A stretch of 64,000 nt of DNA from Thermoplasmatota archaeon (GTDB lineage Archaea; Thermoplasmatota; Penumbrarchaeia; Penumbrarchaeales; Penumbrarchaeaceae), in NCBI GenBank assembly GCA_965234725.1, contig CBDDUX010000008.1:37734-101733 (forward strand). Direction: 5' to 3'. Below, in pieces: positions 31,101-40,370 of this stretch; within the stretch, counting starts at the first letter, position 1, and every line of letters starts with the position of its first letter. A program made the position numbers and the translations under genes. The notes under the pieces are model-generated. The model did not search any database. It saw nothing but the letters and a program-made list of their open reading frames with translations, and was not told the origin of the DNA.

Positions 31101-34100
31101 GAGGTTCCATTCTCTATCAATGCCCACTTCACATCTTCGGTCTTTCCGGTCCTGGGAACATTAAAGGAGAGAATGTAACTATCTGTTATGATACACCCCG
31201 AGGTCCATTCTTCCTGACCTTTTTCCAAAGCATGGATCCCTATACCGGTCTTCTCAAGGTATCTCAACCAAGAAAGCTCCCTTCCCCCCATATCGAATGA
31301 TTGGAATCCATCATCTCTGTTCCAAGGAGGAAGGGTCAGATAGAGATGAACAAGATTCCCTTCTTCTCTCAGATCCAATATTTTCCCTGCCAAAGATTCC
31401 ACTGTAATTCCTGGAAGGATAACAAGGACCTCACCGATATTTTCAGAATTTTCCAGGTCCGGCAAAGCTCCCGTTCCGGTCCTGATGGTAGAATTTTCGG
31501 AAATAGACCAATTTCCAGTCAATGGAAGGCTACCCGTACCAACTAGTCGCCATGATCCAATGGAACCATTATGGACCGATCTGGTGATGATATTTCCCAG
31601 ACCGGGATCTGGCCCGCCCATGTTCCCCCAAACCACGGTTTCAATGACCCTGTTTCCCCTGTCTACAAGTATGATCTCACTCCCGGAGTTAGGAAGAGAG
31701 ATTGCCCTGAATCCTGGAACCCCGCATCCAGGGATACCCTCGAATGTATCCTGGAAGGCGAGATCAGGGTCCTTGAGCTGGTACCTGCTGAATGCAGAGG
31801 GCTCCTTTGAGATGATGCACTCTCCGTAGGTCAATTGATAATCATAGGGAATCACTATGGATTCCTCACCTCTGAAGATCCCCAGTCCAGAGATATCGTT
31901 CTCCTCTGGTTCGGGTGTTATTCCTATGAACTCTCCCGGCCCGTTAGGGCCGGGGTCGATCAACAGTGTTGAGATATGAGCATGTACCGGTTCAACGGTC
32001 CAATCCAGAGGTGTATCTGTATCAATATAATCCCCTTTGTTTCCTATTCTTCTGTAGAGGATGGATCCCAATGTTGTTTCCGGAAAGGAGGTGTATGGTC
32101 CTGTAGAATTCATTTCTTCTATGTAGGACCTTTTTAGGACCACTTCGTCGAGAAGATCCCTGAATTCTGTCATCAACCTAAGTAAACTAGAAGCTTGAAT
32201 GTCCGGAGTTGCCTCTCCCATTTTCATTCTCATGTTCACAGGACCAGCGGTGTCCATCCTGTAAATCTGTTGTAATCCAACGTTTATTTCTATCGCCTCC
32301 TCTCCTCCTGCAATTATTGTTTTTGAACCGGGTGGAAGCAATGCCTCATCGGGGAATGAGACCCAATCATCATCGAAATATAGTCTCATGGATGATAGCT
32401 CTATAACTTGGTTTCCAGTGTTCATGATCTCTACAAATGTTCCCTCCCGGGATATGTTCCAGAGGACCTTTGTAACAACAAGGTCCTCCATTTCATCTTC
32501 AGGTATGGTTGGGATGATGCTAAGTTCCATAATCCAAAGATTGTTCTCCTCATCAGGTTCCCTTATCCTATCTCCTTCATCTATCCTTAATGTCAGGGTG
32601 TAATTTCCTTCCAGACCATATGTATCTAATGATCGTGAGAAGGTCCTTTTTGATGATGCCTTTAGGTCCTTGAATTCCATACTATCGGTTATTACTACCA
32701 ATCCATCCGGATCATTTTCTTCCACAAGGGAGAACGTTAGAAGTGAATCTCCCCCTGGGATCTCTCCACTGCAGACCACCCGTCCCTGGATCTCGATATA
32801 GGACCCCTCGGGAAAGACCTCCGACCCGAAACCATCCAGGGATACCTCGACATCCTCAAGACCGACATCAAATGAAGGGATCCTGAGGTCCATTTGTTCA
32901 CGGAAATGCAGGAAGGGAAGGTCCTCCCAGAAAAGATCGATAATGATCTCACAGTGGTTGGATACCCTCAGATCTCCTGGAGCCTCGAAAGTGATCGATA
33001 AATTTGCTACTGTATTATCTGACGTAATTTGCAAAATATCGGATAATAGAGAACATGTCCAATTGAGATCTTTGACAATTATAGTTAACGAAATGTTTCC
33101 CATCATGTTTCCCGATGGAGCGATGTTCATCTCGATCTGTGCCGATCCTCCCTCAGAAATGTCCATTGGTCCATCTGGAATGACCAAGACCATTCCTGGG
33201 TCGATCGAATTGTTCCAACCAGGTGTAGACCCGGTTATTGAAGGTCCAAATGAGAGGTCCCAGGGTGAGTCGGTATCCACACCATCTGGCACCCTCATGA
33301 TTGAAAAACCCTCTACAGGTTGGATGTTTTCTGTTCCCTCCTTCGACATTGACGAATTGCCATTATCATAGAACTTACCAGACCAAGCTCCCAAAGGACC
33401 GATCCCTGTCGACCTGTCAACATGAGTGGAGTTTCCCCAAGCCAGAAGGTCGAGGGAATATCCATCACCATCTATCAATTCAATGTCATCACCGGAGGAG
33501 TACATAGTTACAGGATCCATCCTACTTACGACCAATGTATTCTCTGGAACATCGAACGATCCATCCTCGGGGCCCAAGAGGACGATGAATCTCTCACCTG
33601 TGAGGACCCTGTATGAGGGTAATTCCCAGTTGACGGAATCATGGTTGGTTAGAATGAAATCATTGATATCCCAGGGAGGACCCTTGTTCAGAACCTCGAC
33701 CCACTGGTTTCCACTATTGGATCCTTCAGGGTCTGGAAATACTTCATTTAAAAGGAATGTGGGAGGAAGTGTATTCGTGGATCCCGGTGTGGGATCGGCA
33801 CCAGAGGTCCACCTCTGGGCACCATCCGGAGCCCTTTGAAAGCTTTCTCCCTTCCCCGCTCCCTGGAATTCAAAGGTATCAAGGACCGATCCATTCTCAT
33901 CCTTCAGTGTAATTAGGTCATCCCTTCCAAGGGCTAACCCCGTATCCCATCTCCCCAACATTAATCGAGATCTTGCTGCAATAGTTTCATTGAGGAGGTA
34001 ATATGTCCTTGTATTGTCCGAGATGGAATAGCCAGAGATGATATGGTCATCGTAATTTGGGTTGTAAAGTTCAACAAACTCATCTTCCTGGTCTATCGAT

Positions 34101-34318
34101 CCATCTTCATTGATATCAATATCCGAATCAGGATAGACCTCGTTGATAATTAAGGTAAATGGGCCACTTAAAGTAGGATCCGTAATAGGGTGTTCAACTC
34201 CTTCCGATGATAAAGGTATTGAAAGTATGTTCAAGACCACCATGGATAAGACCGTTAGGGATATCCGTATTATCAAGAAGGGATACCCTATGCTTCCTTT
34301 TACAGCAGTAAAGGTCAT
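28157..34318 (-). CDS. Giant surface protein: multiple lamin-tail domains, CARDB, phospholipase D-superfamily domains, C-terminal TM
   Basis: LTD signatures (IINEVYPD..EFVELYN..TPG), two HKD motifs (HAKYIVID, HAKGMVID), N-terminal signal-like and C-terminal TM helices. Confidence 0.88.
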   Translation of the reverse strand: MTFTAVKGSIGYPFLIIRISLTVLSMVVLNILSIPLSSEGVEHPITDPTLSGPFTLIINEVYPDSDIDINEDGSIDQEDEFVELYNPNYDDHIISGYSISDNTRTYYLLNETIAARSRLMLGRWDTGLALGRDDLITLKDENGSVLDTFEFQGAGKGESFQRAPDGAQRWTSGADPTPGSTNTLPPTFLLNEVFPDPEGSNSGNQWVEVLNKGPPWDINDFILTNHDSVNWELPSYRVLTGERFIVLLGPEDGSFDVPENTLVVSRMDPVTMYSSGDDIELIDGDGYSLDLLAWGNSTHVDRSTGIGPLGAWSGKFYDNGNSSMSKEGTENIQPVEGFSIMRVPDGVDTDSPWDLSFGPSITGSTPGWNNSIDPGMVLVIPDGPMDISEGGSAQIEMNIAPSGNMMGNISLTIIVKDLNWTCSLLSDILQITSDNTVANLSITFEAPGDLRVSNHCEIIIDLFWEDLPFLHFREQMDLRIPSFDVGLEDVEVSLDGFGSEVFPEGSYIEIQGRVVCSGEIPGGDSLLTFSLVEENDPDGLVVITDSMEFKDLKASSKRTFSRSLDTYGLEGNYTLTLRIDEGDRIREPDEENNLWIMELSIIPTIPEDEMEDLVVTKVLWNISREGTFVEIMNTGNQVIELSSMRLYFDDDWVSFPDEALLPPGSKTIIAGGEEAIEINVGLQQIYRMDTAGPVNMRMKMGEATPDIQASSLLRLMTEFRDLLDEVVLKRSYIEEMNSTGPYTSFPETTLGSILYRRIGNKGDYIDTDTPLDWTVEPVHAHISTLLIDPGPNGPGEFIGITPEPEENDISGLGIFRGEESIVIPYDYQLTYGECIISKEPSAFSRYQLKDPDLAFQDTFEGIPGCGVPGFRAISLPNSGSEIILVDRGNRVIETVVWGNMGGPDPGLGNIITRSVHNGSIGSWRLVGTGSLPLTGNWSISENSTIRTGTGALPDLENSENIGEVLVILPGITVESLAGKILDLREEGNLVHLYLTLPPWNRDDGFQSFDMGGRELSWLRYLEKTGIGIHALEKGQEEWTSGCIITDSYILSFNVPRTGKTEDVKWALIENGTSGSRVGSFFTDLLEIEDWFDASLVLGDAEPIRPTVALNGPIGHCWVRSGSTSVSWSLDPSLHIGKSERVTIKHVSGPLDTSTILELLMKGSSVELFISPSICNVQNIEGLLSMEKERSRLSQEPPSHLLEELDEGVLGKLKVLIERSDEMDLDLKVSMLKTNHTCNDGSNIWSWDDGYAFTLATGLSSPVSCWFIGTDLSEAGSDCSEPFTDLIGTQLPLSLLPLDEKDLDPTPGILIERIYPDTYLKDDPDEAICLLNCKGSPMDISGFILTDDEGDGRESDGMIIIPEGTIIGPGERSWISRDRGRFRFQFGFEPDLTLYNGTPETTVQIAYGDLRLANSNDTIALRDPCGKIVDVVPYGGSTWDGVWPCYMGGYWSGPSVPQPGWGKILYRWRNWDENSPEDTDTANDLLSMRPLYPGQSDIPEMYSPVTGSAEAGICPDSGWRILRDAIKDSSSRILLNVYEMTSDWVVSSLIGARERGLDVKVLLEGGPVGGTSYTSEVLADRLTSNGVDVRWMLNDIGSDVRDRYRYDHAKYIVIDGKTTLVSTDNLKDTSFPRNGIGVIGTRGWIVSVSSVELAEKMEKIFIDDWEGMDMFENLVDHDNLEDISTIGSKSEILEVEDPKFPSMITKEAVSVSLLACPDHISTPGNPLIRSIIESESSIDLELMDIDTDFDLQGISSPVDLLKVWGVEEPIPGFNNPYLAALFDAARRGVKVRLLLDGSDFDGDGIPENRWTAERIEQAILENGLSGSFQVRLHPIVRTERDSEISLVHAKGMVIDKKTTWISSFNWGPTSGLENREMGLLIGSQEIGQYFTSVIEHDWGGTLQDELSIEIRQVRFTHNDGSDPIVRIGLDVNWEGVDNLELTLRKKDTQGDIILLKEIGPGFDEILLEEFPLYNVSEGEVLVVFAQSKDRTLELFELTVEFNEIDTSESSPGMITSTMAPIILIVLFTLSISIARMLVVETRIRFKKMGQSYEE

Positions 34319-34660
34319 CGCGACTCAAGCCTCCTTGAATACCAGTCAAGGTCTCTCTAAAAATAACTTTCCCAGGGTTTTCCCCGGGAAGAGAAAGGAA
34401 CAGGTTATCAACAATGGCGTTAATGGTTGCTTCATGAGCTTTAAAAGAGCAACAGGATCTTTCCGTGATCCGTTTCAACTACATACCAAAAGAGCATTTT
34501 CAAGTTCATCATTTAAGTTGATTTTTCAAATACCATATTTAAATAATAACCTATTTATATTCAATGAAAACTTTGATGATAGGGGGTTAAACAGATATCT
34601 GGCGCTTAGGTGAAAAGGTCAGATTGATTGACCGTTTCCTATTGGAAGAAGGTGGACCGA

Positions 34661-37600
34661 ATGAAGGACCATTCATTTTTCTTGGCAAGGACGACCACTT
34701 CGTTGATGGTCGTTGGAATGTTGATCGCTTCGGCAATGCTGATATCGACCGATCCATTGGACGAATCGGCAGATGGAGCTTCTAGCATAGGCTCGATCAC
34801 CGTTAGCGGTGGAAATACAAAGACCTACAGGGGTGTGAACTATCTGCTGGATGGCGATATCAGTGTCTCTGGCGCAGGCAGCAGATTGACTTTCATCAAC
34901 TCCACCATCACTCTCTCACAGGATGTTGGAACTGATGGTATCATAGGAGGAGGGGACGATCACATCTACCAAATAGATGTTTATGGTGGGGGAACCCTGG
35001 AATTCGTCAATTCGGTACTCACTACCCAAACTGGTCAGTTAAAACCCTATTTCATGATAGACATAGAGATAACAGGTACCGGATCACAGATAATACTTGA
35101 AGATTCTGTTATCGAGGGGCCAGGTTCAATGGACCTTTCCAATGATGCCCACCTCGGAATGACACGATCCAAGTTCATAGAGCTTCAGGACCAGGATGAT
35201 CTCGCCTATGATATTGATGGTGATGGAAGCAGTCAAGATGACCTGGATTACAATGACGATGGTCTCATACTAACTCTACTTTCTGGATCAACCGGACTTG
35301 TTGTAGAATCCGAATTGAGGGATACATTTTCGTTCAATGTTGGCTCAAGGGACGGAAGGATGGGGGCCAATATAACTCTGGATGGAACAGGAACCAATTT
35401 AACGGTAATAAATTCCTTCATCGATATAGACCTTGAGTCCAACACATCCACGGGAAGCCATAATATCCTGAAACTGTCAAATGGAGCGGTAGCTCATCTG
35501 GTGGGGACCTCAATAAATATGACTTCCGATCCATTTAGTCCCACTATTCAAGTATTGGATGAAGAATCCAGTGCTCTGTATTACAGGTGGATAGGTGCTC
35601 ATGTTCTGGATGGTATGAACATACAGGTGGAAGGTCAGGAGGTCCAGGTCTTCAGGGTGGAGGGTTCTCAAAACAGGAAGCTTGATGGATCCTATCTTAC
35701 TACAGAGATGCTGGATTACATGGGAAGGACCTCCCAGACATGGAGCGATACTGATAATGAAGGATGGGTTTTCATACCTGTTATGACAGACTTATTCACA
35801 ATAGATTCTATGCCAAACTCAAACGTCACACCGGACTTCGAAGTGGAGGTCATGGTAGGCAGTGAGATCCTCACCGCATCCACAAGCTTCGATTCATATC
35901 CAGACCTTCCCGGTCAGGATGAACAGGTTGAGATAATTGAAAAAGTAAAAGGGAAAATGGATTTCTCGGACAAGATGATCTCTGACCTTGGTGGTGACAT
36001 GGGTTTCTCCAGATATGTGGTAGACCCTTCGACATCATCTTTCTTCGAGGATGTCGACATTGATATGACTGTAACAGGAACGACCTTCATCAAAGGTACG
36101 GCCTCACTGATCGATGGAAAGTTCTATCCTTCGTACTATGCATTCGACGGCCATGTTGTCGTTTCATCTGGAGCGAAGTTGATCATCAACGATACCACTG
36201 TTAATTTCCTCACAGGCGATGGTCCTGCATACATACTGGTGGAGAACGGTGGTAGGGTAGAGTTCAACAATGTAGACCTAAGTTCCAGGGGGTCAAATGA
36301 CCTTTACCTCTATCTGTTGGGGAGTGGATCCCCGACCTTCATGATCGATGAGGGCGGTTTGTTGGTCAAACATATTGTTGCAAGGGATACCGCAGTACTC
36401 GATGTTAAAGTAGATATGATGAAAGGTTCCCTGAACCTTTATGGTTCCTCTGTCTCCGCGAAGATATTCTCGGACAGGATCGATCTTGATGGTCTATTCT
36501 CCTATAACAATAAATTGAACCTAAGTGGGGGCAAAATCACTTTCAATCATCTCGATTGGAAGGGTGTTACCTTCGGGTCCGAGAATGGTATTTTCTCAAC
36601 ACCCTTGGACGTAGACGGATCAGCAGAGCTGATCAATGTAAGCTACATTGGTAACCTATCAAAAAGCAGGACATCCTGGATAAAGGCAGTAGGTAACGGC
36701 CTGGTCAAGTTGTATTATTGGGCGGACTCCAAGGTAGTTGATTCGGTGGAGAACCCCCTTCCCGGAGCTACGATCGATGTCATGAGGGTGGTTGGGAACA
36801 ATGAGGTTCCAATCTCCTCCCATACAACCGATATGAATGGTTCCGCCGTCTTCGCACTTCTCCAAGAGGAGCTCAGATCGACCGGTAGGAGTTATCTAGG
36901 GAATTACAGGATGAAGGCTGATTTCAATGGATATACCTCCCAGAAGTACTCAGCACTGGTCATAGGAAGTGATGTTGACGCTGTTATTACAATTCCCGGC
37001 GGTCCTGATATCAAGGTCAAGTCCCTTTCAGTAGATGGGACAATGATCGCAGGGAACGATGTAACTCTCCTTGCTGATATCTATAACGAGGGAGAGTTCG
37101 ATGCAGGTCCGTTCGAGGTGGAGATGCAGTTGGGTGGTTTCATAGTCAATTCCGTTCCTTTGACCGGTCTTGGTGCGGGTAAGAATACCATAGTCGAGTT
37201 TCCATGGACCTCCTATGAAGGAGAATTCGAGTTCATGGTGATAGTCGATCCATATCAACAGCTCAGTGAGACCGATGAGGATAACAATATCTTCCAACAG
37301 TTGAACTTGATCGGGATAGGTCCGGACTACCAGGTCGAATTCCTTGAGAACACAACCCAATGGGTATATGGGATGGAAGGTACGATAGATATCAAGGTCA
37401 CAAATATTGGGGAAGAGGATCCATCTTCAACTCCTTTCCAGGTCAACATCTCCTGGAGTGGAGTGAGGAGCAACGGTATTGTGATGGAAGGCCTTGCATT
37501 TGACTATATAGAGCAGGGCGAATCCTTGATAAAGACCGTCAATTGGACCCCAATGGAAGTTGGTCCCGTTAGCCTCACTGCACAAGTGGATGCAAGATTC

Positions 37601-40330
37601 GATCATGTCCCATTGAACTCCGTTAAAAAAATGGATGTTTTGGTAAAGAACCTTCCGGAACTTGGGATCAGGACACAGACCTTCGAAGTAGATTCCCCGA
37701 TACCGGTAACGATCAACAAGACCCGCAAGATCTCCTTCATGGTGGAGAACACGGGTGAAATGCCCGCGGGACAGTTCAAGATCCTTGCCTATGATGGTGA
37801 GATATTGATGGAGAACCTGATCACCCTTCTGCCAGTGACCGTTCCATTCCTGGACCCTGGGACAGATATTGAAGTAGAGATCCAGTGGTTTGCGGGACTC
37901 CCTATTGGCATCCATGAGATCAATATTGTTGTTGATTCTGACGATCAGATCTTGGAGCAGTTTGAGACGAATAATATACATACCTTCCAAGTGGAAGTGG
38001 ACACTCCACCGGATGTAGCCTTCAATGGTGATCTTGGGATAGCGCCCAATGTCATCACGGAGGGAAAGAATGTTACATTCTGGGCCTGGGTTGAGAATAT
38101 AGGAAAGACAATGGCAAAGGATGTCAGGGTCCATTTCGCAGTGGATTCGGATGTCAACATCACCGATCAAACTGTCATCAGCCTATCTCCGGGAGAGATC
38201 ACAAACATATCTTTTCTCTGGCCCGCTGCAGGAGTGGGGGAGCACACATTGTTCGTGGTCCTCGATCCTTTCGACAGGGTGATAGAGGAAGGTACAGGTG
38301 AGGATAACAATCTTAAATTCAAGACATTCAATGTTCTGTCAAAACCAGACCTCTTCATGGGAGAGAATGATCTAAGGGTCCTTCCAGAGGAGAAGATCTT
38401 CATAGATGGTGAGGTAAAGCTCTTTGCCACTATCAGGAACTCTGGTCAAACGGATGCCTTCAATATCTTTGTCAGGTTCTACGATGGAGATCCTGATATG
38501 GGAGGCAAGATAATACCCTGGAAATCCACACAACCCTCCGCAGTCCTGGAAAAGATAGAAGCTGGAGGAGCATCCTCTTTGGAGGTGCCATGGATCCCGA
38601 GGACAGGAGATTACCATACGATATTCGTTGTGATGGACCTCTCAGATCTCATTGATGAGAGTGATGAGGATAACAATAAGCTCAGTTGGGACATATATGT
38701 CCAGACACTTCCAGACCTCGCGTTTACATCTCTGGAATTCACCCAGGGAACCGTATCCGTGAATTCGGCAGGGGTCGGGAAGTCGCTTAAGATAAATGCC
38801 ACCCTTGAAAACAAAGGAGATACTTCGACACCCAGTTTCAAGGTAGGTTTCTATAATGGTGACTTCGTTAACGACCCCCTGGCCACTAGGATAGGTTCCG
38901 AGATGATGTTCCCTGCTAACATCATGAAGGGCCATTCGTTCAGGCATATAGAGGTGAACTGGGATGTATCCTACCCCAAAGGTGTCAGGACCATTTATGC
39001 TTCTGTGGAGCTCCTGGATGGAGAAGAACAGCTTACCACGAACAATCATATGGGAAGTACTCTGGAGATATTCGACATCATGGATGTTCCAGAGATCCGT
39101 ATCCAAGAGGACACCCTTGTAATGAGATCAAGATTCTCCGGAATGTCTCCTGATGAGACCGGTATAGGCTACCTTGGAACGAATATTTCCCTTAGCGTCA
39201 ATCTTTCCAATGTAGGAGGAAAGGCTGCATCCAATACCACTGTACTTTTCATGGTAACGAACTCAACTGATACATGGGTTGAATATTCAACCTATGTGGA
39301 GTTCCTGGAGAACAATGGAACAGACATGGTCACTGGATTCTGGCTGTTGGAATCAACGGGATTGAACACCTTGACCGTTGTTGTGGACCCTCAGAATAAC
39401 ATCAGGGAATTCGATGAGGGTAATAACATCTTCAGTGTCACCATAGAGGTCCTGGACTCTCCGGACCTGACCGTCCAGCTCATTCGTGAGGATTCACAGG
39501 GCTGGAATGCTAAGAAGGGCAAGTTCGAGATGACCAAGGGAAAGGAGTACATTCTGGTGTACGAAGTAACCAACACCGGTAATTTCACCTACAGGGATGT
39601 TGAGGTCACATTCACCGGTCCGGCCGGTGACACACGTGAGACGGTCACAATATCACCATACGGTACCCAGAGGGTTACATTCAGTGTCAAGCCAGATACA
39701 GTCTTTTCAGAGGATGTGGCCTGGAAATGTAAGGTCAATGACGGTGCCAGGGTCTTCGAATCCGATGCTGCGAACAACGAAGCAATGGCAATGTTCACAA
39801 TCAAGGAGAAGGAGGAACAGGTCTCCTATCTTTTCCTCATTCTTATCATTCTCTTTGTAATAGTGTTGATCATTGTTGCAGCCGGAATATTCATCTACAT
39901 GAGGCTCCAGACCGCAGAAAAGGCGAAATGTTCCAATTGCGGCGGACTCGTTCCCCTGGATGCATCCGTCTGCCCGCATTGCGGAGTCGAGTTCAGCGAT
40001 GAACTCGAGTGTGAATGCGGTGAGACAATACCCAAAGGATCCATGGAATGCCCAGCATGTGGCAAACCTGTCAGTTCTGAGATTCTGCCTCCCTCTGAGG
40101 ATAAGGAAGAAGGAGATGAGGAAGAGGGAGAGCTCGAGGAGATCGAAGTTGAGGAAACATCTGACCTGGAGACAGAAAAAGTGGTAGAGGAGATGGAAGA
40201 GGTCGAGGGAGAAGAGATGCCTCCCAAACCGGATGGGTTGGAGGAGGAGCTTGCCGAGTGTTTCGAGTGCGGTGCCCTTATACCTGTATCTGCTCCGATC
40301 TGCCCCCACTGCGGTGCAGTCTTCGAGTGA
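34661..40330 (+). CDS. Giant CARDB-repeat surface protein with TM and cytoplasmic zinc ribbons
   Basis: About eight PD(L/V/I)...E..E.NN CARDB-like repeats, TM helix, three CxxC-x(10)-CxxC-type ribbons; ATG 34661 behind a GGTGG SD-like element preferred to TTG 34628. Confidence 0.85.
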   Translation: MKDHSFFLARTTTSLMVVGMLIASAMLISTDPLDESADGASSIGSITVSGGNTKTYRGVNYLLDGDISVSGAGSRLTFINSTITLSQDVGTDGIIGGGDDHIYQIDVYGGGTLEFVNSVLTTQTGQLKPYFMIDIEITGTGSQIILEDSVIEGPGSMDLSNDAHLGMTRSKFIELQDQDDLAYDIDGDGSSQDDLDYNDDGLILTLLSGSTGLVVESELRDTFSFNVGSRDGRMGANITLDGTGTNLTVINSFIDIDLESNTSTGSHNILKLSNGAVAHLVGTSINMTSDPFSPTIQVLDEESSALYYRWIGAHVLDGMNIQVEGQEVQVFRVEGSQNRKLDGSYLTTEMLDYMGRTSQTWSDTDNEGWVFIPVMTDLFTIDSMPNSNVTPDFEVEVMVGSEILTASTSFDSYPDLPGQDEQVEIIEKVKGKMDFSDKMISDLGGDMGFSRYVVDPSTSSFFEDVDIDMTVTGTTFIKGTASLIDGKFYPSYYAFDGHVVVSSGAKLIINDTTVNFLTGDGPAYILVENGGRVEFNNVDLSSRGSNDLYLYLLGSGSPTFMIDEGGLLVKHIVARDTAVLDVKVDMMKGSLNLYGSSVSAKIFSDRIDLDGLFSYNNKLNLSGGKITFNHLDWKGVTFGSENGIFSTPLDVDGSAELINVSYIGNLSKSRTSWIKAVGNGLVKLYYWADSKVVDSVENPLPGATIDVMRVVGNNEVPISSHTTDMNGSAVFALLQEELRSTGRSYLGNYRMKADFNGYTSQKYSALVIGSDVDAVITIPGGPDIKVKSLSVDGTMIAGNDVTLLADIYNEGEFDAGPFEVEMQLGGFIVNSVPLTGLGAGKNTIVEFPWTSYEGEFEFMVIVDPYQQLSETDEDNNIFQQLNLIGIGPDYQVEFLENTTQWVYGMEGTIDIKVTNIGEEDPSSTPFQVNISWSGVRSNGIVMEGLAFDYIEQGESLIKTVNWTPMEVGPVSLTAQVDARFDHVPLNSVKKMDVLVKNLPELGIRTQTFEVDSPIPVTINKTRKISFMVENTGEMPAGQFKILAYDGEILMENLITLLPVTVPFLDPGTDIEVEIQWFAGLPIGIHEINIVVDSDDQILEQFETNNIHTFQVEVDTPPDVAFNGDLGIAPNVITEGKNVTFWAWVENIGKTMAKDVRVHFAVDSDVNITDQTVISLSPGEITNISFLWPAAGVGEHTLFVVLDPFDRVIEEGTGEDNNLKFKTFNVLSKPDLFMGENDLRVLPEEKIFIDGEVKLFATIRNSGQTDAFNIFVRFYDGDPDMGGKIIPWKSTQPSAVLEKIEAGGASSLEVPWIPRTGDYHTIFVVMDLSDLIDESDEDNNKLSWDIYVQTLPDLAFTSLEFTQGTVSVNSAGVGKSLKINATLENKGDTSTPSFKVGFYNGDFVNDPLATRIGSEMMFPANIMKGHSFRHIEVNWDVSYPKGVRTIYASVELLDGEEQLTTNNHMGSTLEIFDIMDVPEIRIQEDTLVMRSRFSGMSPDETGIGYLGTNISLSVNLSNVGGKAASNTTVLFMVTNSTDTWVEYSTYVEFLENNGTDMVTGFWLLESTGLNTLTVVVDPQNNIREFDEGNNIFSVTIEVLDSPDLTVQLIREDSQGWNAKKGKFEMTKGKEYILVYEVTNTGNFTYRDVEVTFTGPAGDTRETVTISPYGTQRVTFSVKPDTVFSEDVAWKCKVNDGARVFESDAANNEAMAMFTIKEKEEQVSYLFLILIILFVIVLIIVAAGIFIYMRLQTAEKAKCSNCGGLVPLDASVCPHCGVEFSDELECECGETIPKGSMECPACGKPVSSEILPPSEDKEEGDEEEGELEEIEVEETSDLETEKVVEEMEEVEGEEMPPKPDGLEEELAECFECGALIPVSAPICPHCGAVFE

Positions 40331-40370
40331 GATAGAAATCGATATATGCATTATGAGGGTTTACCCCGTA

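Noticed and set aside
40233-40370. N-terminal extension of PurP from the ORF-track start
   Set aside because: Overlaps the zinc-ribbon end of the upstream gene in another frame; PurP similarity begins near 40371
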